A DNA stretch of 64,000 nucleotides from Bacteroidales bacterium (GCA_035342335.1 DAOQWY010000016.1:11711-75710), one strand, 5' to 3'. Positions 44,391 to 54,288 are shown, numbered from the stretch's first letter. Numbers and translations: made by a program. The notes: generated by a model not told the origin, from the sequence alone.

Positions 44391-47300
44391 ATGAATGAGA
44401 GCAGAATACCCTTAAATCCCTTTCCAGGCATCCGCAGCTACGAAATAGAGGAAGACTTTCTATTCTTCGGAAGGGATCATCTTATCAGGGAATTGGTCAC
44501 CATGTTGTCTGACACGCATTTTATTGCACTCACCGGGGCTTCCGGAAGCGGGAAATCTTCCCTGATCAAAGCAGGTCTGATCCCCGCACTGGTGAAGCAA
44601 ACGGCCGGTGAAGACACCGGCCGGTGGGAATATGCCATTTTCAGGCCCGGGGATGATCCTATCGGACAAATGGCTGATGCATTGTTTACAACGGTGAGAA
44701 AAGGGACAGGGAATGAAAGTCCTTACAAAGAAGCACAAGAGATTGAGAAGATCCTGCGCTCGGGCAGGGAAGGGTTCGTTGACGTATTTGAAAAGATGCA
44801 CACATTTTTTCGAAACAGTAACCTGCTTCTTGTCATTGATCAGTTTGAGGAGTTGTTCCGGTTCAAAAGCAATTTCACGGATTCAGTTGTCACTGCTGAC
44901 GCTGACCATTTGGTTGAATTGTTACTTTATGCGCTGGAACAGAAGGGTTTTCCGGTCTACGTCATCCTGTCGCTCCGGTCCGATTTCATTGACCGGTGCA
45001 CAGATTACCCGGGTCTGACAGAAAAGATCAACCACGGATATTACCTGATCCCCCGAATGACCCGGGAGGATATCCGCCAGGCCATAACCGGTCCTGTCGG
45101 CGTGGGTGGTGCACAGATATCCGAAAAGCTTGTCGGCCGTTTGCTGGAAGAGGTCAGCACTGAACCAGACCAACTTCCCATCCTGCAGCACGCGCTGATG
45201 AGGACCTGGGAAAAATGGCTCCAGAAACGCACCAGTGAGCCCGTGATCGATGAACATCATTACGAATCCATCGGGACGATGCAGGATGCCCTATCGCTTC
45301 ATGCCGAGGAGATCTTCCTGTCAATGAGTGATGCAAGGCAGCAGGTTCTGGCGGAAAAACTCTTCAAGGCGCTGGTGGTGGTGGGAGAAGACAACAGGGG
45401 CACACGCAGGCCGACACAGCTGGGGGAAATATGCAGCATTGCCGGCGTCAAATCCCAGGAGGTCATTGAGGTGGTCGAAAGCTTCCGCAGTCCTGGCCGA
45501 TCGTTCCTGATGCCACCCCCGGGAGTCTCCTTAAATGAGGACTCGATCATCGACATCACCCACGAGAGCCTGATGCGCATCTGGAAAAGGCTCCGGGTGT
45601 GGGTTGAAGAGGAGACTCAGTCAGCTCAGCTCTATCAGCGGCTTTCCAAGTCCGCCGAACTTTACCAGCAGGGCAAAACAGGGCTCTGGGTGGATCCTGA
45701 GCTGCACCTTGCCGTTAAATGGAAAGAGAACATCAAGCCGAACCAGGCATGGGCCAGCCGGTACGATCCTGCTTTCGACAGGGCCATCCAGTTTCTGAAC
45801 TACAGCCAGAAAGAAGCGGAGCTGGCCGTTGCACGCAAAGAGGAACACCAGAAAAGAGAGCTTGCCAGAGCCAGACGGTTCGCCATCATCCTTGGCCTGG
45901 CCTCGGTCGTTTCCATCTTCTTCCTGATCATATCCATCAATCTCACTTTCAAAGCAGAAGCCAGCGAGCGAAAAGCACAGGAGAAAGAAAAACTGGCCAT
46001 GCTTGAAAACCTTAAAGCTGCCGCACAGCGAAAGGAGGCCATCATACAGCGGAGAATTTCAGAACAACAGCAGCAGATAGCCGAACAACAGAAGATCATC
46101 ACCGAAGAGCAGAAAGAATTTGCCATTCAGCAACAGCAAATTGCGTTCAGTGAGCGTAAGGAGGCCATCCTTCAGAAACAGCTTGCCGAGGAAGCCAGAA
46201 ATGAAGCGGTACTTGCCCGGGACTATGCACAGGAACAGGGCAAGATCGCACTGGAACAAAAAGGGATCGCCGAGTCGGAAAGAGCCAAAGCCGAAGTTTC
46301 GGAAAGGAATGCCAGGAGACTTCGATTGCTTGCAGTGGCAAATGCCATGGCGATTAAATCGGTCGAAATTCAAAAAAGCGTAAAGGGTGATCTTCCTGCC
46401 TTACTGGCTCTTCAGGCTTATCGTCTGAACCGGCAGAATGAAGGATCACAGCAGGATCCGGATATTTTCAAAGCGTTGTCGGGTGTCAGTAAAGGCGATG
46501 CCATGCTCTGGATCCATCAGAATGAAGTGCGTTCAGTTATCGTCGGCAATAAAAGCGGAATCTTGTATTCCTGCAGCCTGGATGGTACGGTGAAGATCAC
46601 GGATACGGGCAAACCAGGCGAGCCTGTCCGTACCCTGAGCACGGAAGAGAAGGACCGTGACGAGTATTTCTCACTGGCCCTGAGTACCGATGAACGCTTT
46701 CTTGCTGCGGGAACCTATCACGGGAAGATCCTTCTGTGGGATCTGAATGACCAGGATGGGATGCCTTTCGTGCTGAACGGGCATACGTTCATTGTCACGC
46801 ACCTCAGCTTCAATCCCGTGAGCGGGGAGCTGGCCTCTTCCAGTGCCGACGGGAGCATCCGCATCTGGGATCCAATGCATGCCAACGATCCCGGACGGGT
46901 GATCGATCAGACCTTTTCAAGAATGACGGTCGTCTGTTACTCCCCGGATGGAAATGAATTGTCGTGGGCCAATGAGAAAGGAGAGATCAAGATAATGAAT
47001 CTCAAAAGCATGGCTGCTATCCCGGTCGTCATCCAGCAGGCAGGCGCAGCAGTCTATTCCATGGCTTTCAGTAATGAGGGAGACCTGCTCGCCTGCGGAG
47101 ACGGCAGCGGATCGATCCTGTTATGGAAGTCAATCCAGCCATCTGGCTCACCGGTTTCCCTGATCGGACATCTGTCCCGTGTCAGCGGTCTTAAATTCAG
47201 TCCCGACGGCACGACACTGGGAAGCTGCAGCTACGATGGCACGGTCAGGCTGTGGAACTACCTGTCGGCCGAGGAACCTCCCATCGTGATGGATGACTAT

Positions 47301-47513
47301 GATTTCTGGATCACCTGCCTGGCCTTCACGGCCGGTGGTGATAAACTGATCACGGGCAGCGCAGATAAAACGATCAGGATGAGGTTAATCAACACGGAAG
47401 TGCTTACACGTCTTTTATGTGCCGATCTTTCAAGGAACATGACCCAGGAGGAATGGAATCTTTATGTCGGGCCTGACATCGGTTATTCCAAAACCTGCGA
47501 AAATCTTCCTTAA
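44391..47513 (+). CDS. STAND-type P-loop NTPase - single TM - coiled coil - WD40 beta-propeller protein
   Basis: 1040-aa ORF. NPFPGIRSYEIEEDFLFFGRD precedes Walker A GASGSGKSS and Walker B LLLVIDQFEELF. The hydrophobic segment is FAIILGLASVVSIFFLIISINLTF (~residue 505). A Q/E/K-rich coiled coil of ~150 aa follows. About 7 WD repeats are present (SADGSIRIWD, SYDGTVRLWN, SADKTIRM). The C-terminus is SRNMTQEEWNLYVGPDIGYSKTC. Confidence 0.75.
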   Translation: MNESRIPLNPFPGIRSYEIEEDFLFFGRDHLIRELVTMLSDTHFIALTGASGSGKSSLIKAGLIPALVKQTAGEDTGRWEYAIFRPGDDPIGQMADALFTTVRKGTGNESPYKEAQEIEKILRSGREGFVDVFEKMHTFFRNSNLLLVIDQFEELFRFKSNFTDSVVTADADHLVELLLYALEQKGFPVYVILSLRSDFIDRCTDYPGLTEKINHGYYLIPRMTREDIRQAITGPVGVGGAQISEKLVGRLLEEVSTEPDQLPILQHALMRTWEKWLQKRTSEPVIDEHHYESIGTMQDALSLHAEEIFLSMSDARQQVLAEKLFKALVVVGEDNRGTRRPTQLGEICSIAGVKSQEVIEVVESFRSPGRSFLMPPPGVSLNEDSIIDITHESLMRIWKRLRVWVEEETQSAQLYQRLSKSAELYQQGKTGLWVDPELHLAVKWKENIKPNQAWASRYDPAFDRAIQFLNYSQKEAELAVARKEEHQKRELARARRFAIILGLASVVSIFFLIISINLTFKAEASERKAQEKEKLAMLENLKAAAQRKEAIIQRRISEQQQQIAEQQKIITEEQKEFAIQQQQIAFSERKEAILQKQLAEEARNEAVLARDYAQEQGKIALEQKGIAESERAKAEVSERNARRLRLLAVANAMAIKSVEIQKSVKGDLPALLALQAYRLNRQNEGSQQDPDIFKALSGVSKGDAMLWIHQNEVRSVIVGNKSGILYSCSLDGTVKITDTGKPGEPVRTLSTEEKDRDEYFSLALSTDERFLAAGTYHGKILLWDLNDQDGMPFVLNGHTFIVTHLSFNPVSGELASSSADGSIRIWDPMHANDPGRVIDQTFSRMTVVCYSPDGNELSWANEKGEIKIMNLKSMAAIPVVIQQAGAAVYSMAFSNEGDLLACGDGSGSILLWKSIQPSGSPVSLIGHLSRVSGLKFSPDGTTLGSCSYDGTVRLWNYLSAEEPPIVMDDYDFWITCLAFTAGGDKLITGSADKTIRMRLINTEVLTRLLCADLSRNMTQEEWNLYVGPDIGYSKTCENLP

Positions 47514-47553
47514 GGCAACCTTATTTTTCAGGTATCCACGATATGAATGTCGA

Positions 47554-50130
47554 ATGAAACTGATCAAACCATTTACCACCCTGCTCATTCTTCTGGGGTG
47601 CCTGGCCCAGGCCTTTCCCCAGACCGATTGCGGAGAAGCTGCACTGACCGAGGCCAGGAAAAAATATGAATCCGGTAACTTTGAACTGGTCATCTCAATG
47701 CTGACCGGGTGTGCAGTCAGCATGCCTGACAACCAGCAAAAGGCGGAAGCTTACCGGTTGCTCACCCTTTCGTACCTGGCCATGGATTCCATCAGCACCG
47801 CCACCGAGTGTGCCACCCAGCTGCTGAAAATAAATCCAAACTTTGAACCGGACCTGTTCGATCTTCCACGATTCATACAGCTGATCCACAGGCTCAACGA
47901 AGCAACGCGGGTCCAGCAGGTCACCTCTGTCTCCAAGCGTGCTGAAAACATCTATGAAGCACCTGCCAACATCCTGGTCGTTACCCGGGAAGAGATCGAA
48001 CAGCGGGGATACATGGATCTGGTGGAAATGTTGCGCGATGTCCCGGGCTTTGACCTGACCATGTTTTACGGATCGCAGTATGCCAACATCTACCAGAGGG
48101 GATTCCGGCAGAACAACACCGAAAAAACGCTCGTTCTGATCGATGGCATCGAGGATAATGACCTGTGGACAAACTGGGCGGATATTTCCCGGCAGTATCC
48201 CCTATCGAATATTGAAAGAGTGGAAATCATTTACGGGCCGGCCTCCACCATGTACGGGCCAAATGCCTTTGCAGGGGTGATCAACATCGTTACCCAGGAC
48301 GCCGCTGCGATCATCAAGGAGGATCGCAAACTGGGCATCCGCGCCAATGCAGGGTACGGGTCGTATCGTTCAGCCTGCGCGGATCTATCGGTCTCCGCCC
48401 GAAAGAATAAATTCAGCAGTTCATTCACCGGCCGGTTCTACCAGTCAGATGAAATGGATCTTTCCGCCCAGCCCTATTTCGACTATGACCCTGCCGTTTA
48501 CGACACTGTTGATTACGTTCAGCTTCTCAGTGTTTCGGATCACGCAAGGGAGTATCTGTCAGACAATGAATTACCGGTAAATCATCCCTACTATGACGTG
48601 AGTCCTGATTCGTCAGCCATCACGCTCACCCCTGCCGGTGCCCAGGCAGCCAGGGACCTGGATAAGACAGGGTATGCACAGACCGTGAACGGGAATCCGG
48701 TTGGTTTCACCAATGAGACCCATTGCTGGTTCGTCAACGGAAAACTTCAGTTCAGCAATTTCACCCTCGGATTTCAGTCGTGGAAAAAAAGTGAAGGATC
48801 CACCACACAGTACACCGACCTTCTCGTACCGGGCTCGGAAAACGGTTTTATCTGGGCTCCCCAGCTTTCTTACATCTACACGAAGTATGAAGAACAGATC
48901 AGTAAACGCTTGTATGTATACAGTCTGACCAACTACCGTATCCATTCCCTGACCGAGGATTCCAAATACGTTTCTGTCAAGAACTACTCCCTGGGAAACT
49001 ATGACCTTGCCAGCCTGGTTGGGGCGACAGAACCTGAATGGACCACCCTGTACGCTTATGAAAGTTCCAGGCAGCTCCGTACCGAATTAAAACTGATCTG
49101 GGATCCCCTTCAGCAACTCAGCGTAGTCTCCGGGATCGAGGTCAGAAACAGTTCCCTGCAGGGCAGTTACCTCTACAGTACGTATCCCCATCCGCAGGAT
49201 TCAGCTGTTCTTAATCCTTCGCCCAAAGGAGGAAATACCTATAATACCTGGGACGTGGGCATCTACGCCCAGGCTACCTATACGCTGTTTGAAGACCTCA
49301 GGCTGACCCTGGGAGCCCGCTATGACTATAATAAAATCCGCTCAAGCGGCGGATTTGGATCAGAAATAAGCCCTCGAATAGCGATCGTTTACACCCCGGG
49401 ATCTTTTGTCTTTAAAGCCATTTACTCAAGGGGTATCGAAAATGTATCCAACTGGACCAAATTCTCATCCGCAGGGAACCGTCTACCCAATCCAACGCTG
49501 GGTACGGAAAGCATACGGAACTACGAGGTAACAGGAGCGTGGATGATCCGGAAGGAATTCGTTGTTGATGTCGCTTTCTATCATTCGATCATAGAAGATG
49601 TCGTCGGAACGGTAACGGTACCTGACCAGCCCGGCAAGAACCAGAATGCCAACATAGGTGTTTTCAGGATCAATGGTTTTCAGTCGAACCTGACCTACCG
49701 GACCAGGACCTTCTCGGCATATGCAAATTATACCTTTACAGATCCCCGGCAGACCTACAGTGAGCTTGGGGAAGTGGACAATTTGATCGGTGACATTTCA
49801 AAGCACAAGTTCAACGTAGGAGCCAACAAAACTTTCTTTGAAGACCTGCAGGTGAACCTGAGGCTGAATTATACCGGCAAGAGAGAAACCGGAGCCGGAA
49901 CGACGGTACCTTTGAACTGGAATACGTTTCCAGCCGTCGTTCTGCTCAATGGAGCCGTCACGTACAGGAACGACCTGGTTCCAGGCCTGAATGTCCAGCT
50001 GGTTTGCAATAATGTACTCGGCAAGACCTATTATCATCCAGGTACCAAGGCTGCTGATGGCGTGCTCAGCCCGACGGACATCCTGCAAAGAGGGAGGCAC
50101 TGGGTGATCCGGTTGTTATTTGAGTGGTAA
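47554..50130 (+). CDS. TonB-dependent receptor with an N-terminal TPR-like extension
   Basis: The signal peptide is MKLIKPFTTLLILLGCLAQA. A ~110-aa TPR-like helical segment follows. The plug domain is ENIYEAPANILVVTREEIEQRGYMDLVEMLRDVPGF...IERVEIIYGPASTMYGPNAFAGVINIVT. The barrel has a terminal aromatic residue (LLFEW). The start was moved to the ATG at 47554. Confidence 0.75.
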   Translation: MKLIKPFTTLLILLGCLAQAFPQTDCGEAALTEARKKYESGNFELVISMLTGCAVSMPDNQQKAEAYRLLTLSYLAMDSISTATECATQLLKINPNFEPDLFDLPRFIQLIHRLNEATRVQQVTSVSKRAENIYEAPANILVVTREEIEQRGYMDLVEMLRDVPGFDLTMFYGSQYANIYQRGFRQNNTEKTLVLIDGIEDNDLWTNWADISRQYPLSNIERVEIIYGPASTMYGPNAFAGVINIVTQDAAAIIKEDRKLGIRANAGYGSYRSACADLSVSARKNKFSSSFTGRFYQSDEMDLSAQPYFDYDPAVYDTVDYVQLLSVSDHAREYLSDNELPVNHPYYDVSPDSSAITLTPAGAQAARDLDKTGYAQTVNGNPVGFTNETHCWFVNGKLQFSNFTLGFQSWKKSEGSTTQYTDLLVPGSENGFIWAPQLSYIYTKYEEQISKRLYVYSLTNYRIHSLTEDSKYVSVKNYSLGNYDLASLVGATEPEWTTLYAYESSRQLRTELKLIWDPLQQLSVVSGIEVRNSSLQGSYLYSTYPHPQDSAVLNPSPKGGNTYNTWDVGIYAQATYTLFEDLRLTLGARYDYNKIRSSGGFGSEISPRIAIVYTPGSFVFKAIYSRGIENVSNWTKFSSAGNRLPNPTLGTESIRNYEVTGAWMIRKEFVVDVAFYHSIIEDVVGTVTVPDQPGKNQNANIGVFRINGFQSNLTYRTRTFSAYANYTFTDPRQTYSELGEVDNLIGDISKHKFNVGANKTFFEDLQVNLRLNYTGKRETGAGTTVPLNWNTFPAVVLLNGAVTYRNDLVPGLNVQLVCNNVLGKTYYHPGTKAADGVLSPTDILQRGRHWVIRLLFEW

Positions 50131-50179
50131 GGACCAAAATTGTTAAATTGTCAAATTGTTAAGCTGAGGTTGTACGAAA

Positions 50180-51049
50180 GTGGGTAAAGCAGTATATACG
50201 ACGATACGGGACGGGGCGTCGGAGTGGGGAGAGCTGATCCTGCCGGCTGAACCAAGAGCGCGGCGGGGGGGATTGCGTACCGTCATGTTTGGAAGCACCA
50301 CCGCAGGTCATCTTGTGCTGGAAACACTTCTGCGCTTCGACAGGAGCCATCCGGGCAAAATGGATATCAGGGCAGTGGCAACGGATGACACGCACGATCC
50401 GAGAGCCAGGATCGGTCTCCGGAAACGTATTTGGAAACATTATTCACCCGAAGAGCGTCTGCGGCTAATGGACAGGATGATCCAGGGGACCGTATCGGAA
50501 GGCATTCCGTGCTATACCGGCGGAGTGAAAAATGATTACTTCGCCGGATTGCTCAGGGAGTGGGACCCGGAGCTGATCATCATGTGCTGTTTTGGCCAGA
50601 AAATAAACCGTTCCATCTACGACTACCCGGTATTTGGTATGTATAATTTTCATCCGTCGGACCTCGCAGCCAACATCGGTGCCGGCGCTCGCCCGTTCGA
50701 ATCCACGATCCGCGAGGGCAGGACCACTTCCTGCATGATCCTCCACCGTGTCACCGAACGTATCGACGGCGGTCCCATCGTTGGCATTTCACCCCGGATC
50801 AATATCGCCCTTGCCAACGACAGCTACCCGGATAATTTTTTGGTACTGCAGGAAAAAATACCGTCTGCCTGTGGATGGATGACCTACGGGCTGCTCTTAT
50901 CCGTTCTGGAGCGGAAGGAGCGTGGTGAGACCGAGGCCGTCGCATCCATCGACTTTGACAGGATCATTCCGGAACCGGTGAAGCAAATGCTGATGGAACC
51001 GGTGGAAAATGATCCTTTGAAAATTAAAAAATTACCGTTCCCCGAGTGA
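50180..51049 (+). CDS. Formyltransferase-family protein (Fmt/PurN-like N-terminal domain), atypical
   Basis: 289-aa ORF with a GTG start. ELIIMCCFGQKI...GMYNFHPSDL...ARPFESTIREGRTTSCMILHRVTERIDGGPIVG keeps the N-x-H...D catalytic spacing, but the usual SLLPxxRG loop is replaced. Confidence 0.55.
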   Translation: MGKAVYTTIRDGASEWGELILPAEPRARRGGLRTVMFGSTTAGHLVLETLLRFDRSHPGKMDIRAVATDDTHDPRARIGLRKRIWKHYSPEERLRLMDRMIQGTVSEGIPCYTGGVKNDYFAGLLREWDPELIIMCCFGQKINRSIYDYPVFGMYNFHPSDLAANIGAGARPFESTIREGRTTSCMILHRVTERIDGGPIVGISPRINIALANDSYPDNFLVLQEKIPSACGWMTYGLLLSVLERKERGETEAVASIDFDRIIPEPVKQMLMEPVENDPLKIKKLPFPE

Positions 51050-54000
51050 GGGACTTCCTCGCACCGGTGAATGAAATGAGATCAAAGACACACCTGATGA
51101 CCCCGGGAAAAACAATCAGCCGTGGCACAAGCCAGCAATCAGCACAATGGATCTTCAGACTGCTGAACATTCGCCAGGGTGAAGGAAAGCCCGTTGTTTT
51201 GCTGATCCTGTTTTCCTTCTTTATGGGCATGGCCCTGTCGTACTACTTTACGGCCTCCAATGCGATATTCATCAAGCATTTTGAGCCCAGGATGATCTCG
51301 CTGTCCTACATTGTTTCGGGCATCGCTGTCTACCTCACCTGGCTCCTGCTGACACAGATCGATAAGCGACTCCCCCTCAGCCTGAGGTTCATCGTCAAAT
51401 ATATCTTCGTTGTCGTCTCAGTGGTTGCCATCAGCATCGGAACCTGGCTCCAGGACTCGGATGTGATGGCATTCATCCTTTTCACCTTTGTCAGGGTGCT
51501 GGTTTATATCACCCTCATCACCTTCTGGGGGCTGGCAGGATCGCTGTTCAACCTACGGCAGGGTAAAAGGATCTTTGGACTGATCGGGACGGGTGAATCC
51601 ATTTCGGTCATCCTGGGTTACTTTTCAGTTCCTCTCCTTCTGCAGTTTGTTGAAACGCCATTTCTGCTCTTCTTATCATCGTTTGCATTCCTGATGTGCT
51701 TCATCGTCGTGCTGGTCATCCTGAGAAATTACAGGGAACAGCTGGGATTTGCGCCGGCCAGGCCGGAACGGGAGGTAAAGGATGAATCAGGCAGGTGGAA
51801 ATATACTGCCCTGCTGAAACAGCCCTACTTCCTGCTCATTTCCCTGCTGGCCCTGTTGCCGATATTCGGATATCTGTTCGTGGATTATATGTTCCTCCAT
51901 CAAACTAAGTACGAGTTCAACAACGACCGGGAGACGATCGCCAGGTTCCTGGGCTATATGCTGGGGTTTGTGGCCGTGGTGGAGCTTGTCTTCAAAATCT
52001 TTGTCTCGGGCCGTCTGCTCAGCAAATATGGCCTCAAACCCAGCCTTGTATCTCTGCCGGCCGCCCTGCTGATCAGTACATCGATGGCCGTTCTGTTTGG
52101 AGCCATTTACGGACCGACCGGCATCTTCTTCACCTTCATTGTCTTCTCACGGCTCCTGGAACGATCGGTGCGTGTTGCCATCTATGAACCTGCTTTTCAG
52201 CTTCTGTACCAGCCTATCCCGCAGGAGCAACGGCTTGCCTTTCAAAGCCAGATCGAAGGCATCCCCAAAGCGCTTGGCACCATCCTTACCGGTGCCCTCC
52301 TTCTGGTGTTTGCCGGCATAGTCCCCATGACGCTGGTGTATTATAACATCTTTTTCCTGATCATCCTTCTGCTCTGGATCTATTATGCTGCAAAGATGTA
52401 CCGTACATACCGCCACAGGATCAGGGAGGTTCTCACTCAGGGAAAAATGATTTCCCCTGAGAAACTTTCTTCTTACATAAATACCTTTATATCAAATATT
52501 TATGAAAAAATCCTGCAACAGGATACCCATCGTTTCCGCAAGCTGTTCCGCCTGATTGAAAAGACGGATCCCTTAATGACCGACAGGGTGATCAAGGATT
52601 TGTTGAACCAGGCTCCTGATCCTTTGAAAAAGGAGATCATTCCATTTGTCGAACAAAAGCAGATCATTTCAGCAAAAGAGACGCTGAAGGTCTTAAAGGC
52701 CGACGTTGCTCAGAAGGATCTGCAACCGATGCTGGAAAGCACCCTTTCCGAACTTCAGCTTGCAGAGAACTACCCGGTTGATCTGTTATCCAATCTTGCC
52801 CGTTCAAAAGATCCTGAGGAAAGGGAGGTGTCGGCCAGGCTGCTGGCAGCTTCGCCACGCTATCAGACGATCAGGATCTTATCCGAATTACTGCGGGATC
52901 CCCACCCGGATGTCCGTAAAGCAGCCCTGGTTTCGGCAGGCAAGATAAAAAGGGTGGAACTCTGGCCCGGGATCCTGGATAACCTGAGCCAGAGAGCATT
53001 TCTGCCCACAGCTTTTTCGGCCCTGAAAACGATCGGGGAACCGGTAACCGACCAGTTGGAGGACCTTTTCCGAAAAACAGGTACAAGCAGGGAAACACAG
53101 GTGCTGATCATAAAACTGTACCACGACATCGGTGGTGAAAAGGCCATCAGACATCTGCGCACCAGGATCAATTTTCCGGATATGGATATCCGAATGCACG
53201 CGCTTCTGGCACTGAGCAAGCTGAACTACCAGGCGGACCACCACGAGCAGACCCTGATCAAGCAAACCATCGAGACCAACATTGAAATCATGGTCTGGAT
53301 CATGGCCGGGATCGTGGACCTGGAACCCGAGGTTCGCGCCCGGCATCTTCTGGATGCGCTGCGGGCCGAACTCACTGAAAAGAAGGAACACATCTTCCTG
53401 CTTCTGTCGCTGATCTACGATGCCAGAACCATCCGCCTGATACGCGAAAACATAGAAAGCGGCAACAACCAGGCAAAAATCTTCGCCATGGAGATCAGCG
53501 ATATGATGGTTGCAGCAGACATCAAGGAACTGTTGCTGCCCTTGTTCGACGACCTGTCGGCCAGGGAGAGGCTGGCCATGTTCAAAAACCGCTTCCCCCA
53601 GGAAAAACTGACCTGTTTGGAGCGTTTCTGCGACATCATCAACAAGGATTATAACCTGATCAGAAGCTGGACGAAGGCGTGCGCGGTTGAATTACTGATC
53701 CACTTTGACGTCAGGGAGGTTTCGGAGATCCTTTGCGCCAATATGGTCAATCCCTCCCGGATGATTCGCGAAACTGCCGCCTGGGTGCTGCATGCCATGG
53801 ATCCGGACCTGTTCTTTGATGTGATAGCTGTACAACGTCCGGACGTCAAGCAACAACTGGAAGCGATCACCAGAAAGATCGGGATGCTGAAGCCTTTCAG
53901 GGATAAACTGCTGATCACTGAAAAAACGGAAGCACTCAAAAATTCAGGCTTTTTTACCGGGATCCCTGATCCTGTGCTGGCCGACCTTGCGATGACGGCA

Positions 54001-54288
54001 GAGGATGTGACACTGGAAACCGGTCAATCCCTGCCGGAGCACGATGATGGCGGAGCATATTTTTGCCTGGTGCTTTCCGGTCAGGTCATAAAACGGGAAA
54101 ACAAGACATTGGAAGTAATCTTTGGACAGGGGCAGGTATTGATCAGGGAACCGGATCCATCATCACGGACCCGTGTTCATTATTCAGCAAAGGAGGATTG
54201 CCTGCTGCTGCTGATCGCTATGGATCTGATCATTGACCTGATGAGGGATTATCCGGTTTTCACCGGAAAATTGCTGGAATGGTATTAG
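51046..54288 (+). CDS. Fusion protein: ~12-TM MFS/TLC-like transporter domain + HEAT-like repeats + C-terminal cyclic-nucleotide-binding-like domain
   Basis: 1080-aa ORF. Its GTG overlaps the previous stop (GTGA); an alternative start is the ATG at 51076. Residues ~40-440 are polytopic. The middle has HEAT-like units (LLRDPHPDVRKAALVSAGKI). The last ~130 aa resemble a CAP-effector beta-roll (FFTGIPDPVLADLAMTAEDVTLETGQSL...GAYFCLVLSGQV...IFGQGQVL). Confidence 0.6.
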   Translation: MRDFLAPVNEMRSKTHLMTPGKTISRGTSQQSAQWIFRLLNIRQGEGKPVVLLILFSFFMGMALSYYFTASNAIFIKHFEPRMISLSYIVSGIAVYLTWLLLTQIDKRLPLSLRFIVKYIFVVVSVVAISIGTWLQDSDVMAFILFTFVRVLVYITLITFWGLAGSLFNLRQGKRIFGLIGTGESISVILGYFSVPLLLQFVETPFLLFLSSFAFLMCFIVVLVILRNYREQLGFAPARPEREVKDESGRWKYTALLKQPYFLLISLLALLPIFGYLFVDYMFLHQTKYEFNNDRETIARFLGYMLGFVAVVELVFKIFVSGRLLSKYGLKPSLVSLPAALLISTSMAVLFGAIYGPTGIFFTFIVFSRLLERSVRVAIYEPAFQLLYQPIPQEQRLAFQSQIEGIPKALGTILTGALLLVFAGIVPMTLVYYNIFFLIILLLWIYYAAKMYRTYRHRIREVLTQGKMISPEKLSSYINTFISNIYEKILQQDTHRFRKLFRLIEKTDPLMTDRVIKDLLNQAPDPLKKEIIPFVEQKQIISAKETLKVLKADVAQKDLQPMLESTLSELQLAENYPVDLLSNLARSKDPEEREVSARLLAASPRYQTIRILSELLRDPHPDVRKAALVSAGKIKRVELWPGILDNLSQRAFLPTAFSALKTIGEPVTDQLEDLFRKTGTSRETQVLIIKLYHDIGGEKAIRHLRTRINFPDMDIRMHALLALSKLNYQADHHEQTLIKQTIETNIEIMVWIMAGIVDLEPEVRARHLLDALRAELTEKKEHIFLLLSLIYDARTIRLIRENIESGNNQAKIFAMEISDMMVAADIKELLLPLFDDLSARERLAMFKNRFPQEKLTCLERFCDIINKDYNLIRSWTKACAVELLIHFDVREVSEILCANMVNPSRMIRETAAWVLHAMDPDLFFDVIAVQRPDVKQQLEAITRKIGMLKPFRDKLLITEKTEALKNSGFFTGIPDPVLADLAMTAEDVTLETGQSLPEHDDGGAYFCLVLSGQVIKRENKTLEVIFGQGQVLIREPDPSSRTRVHYSAKEDCLLLLIAMDLIIDLMRDYPVFTGKLLEWY

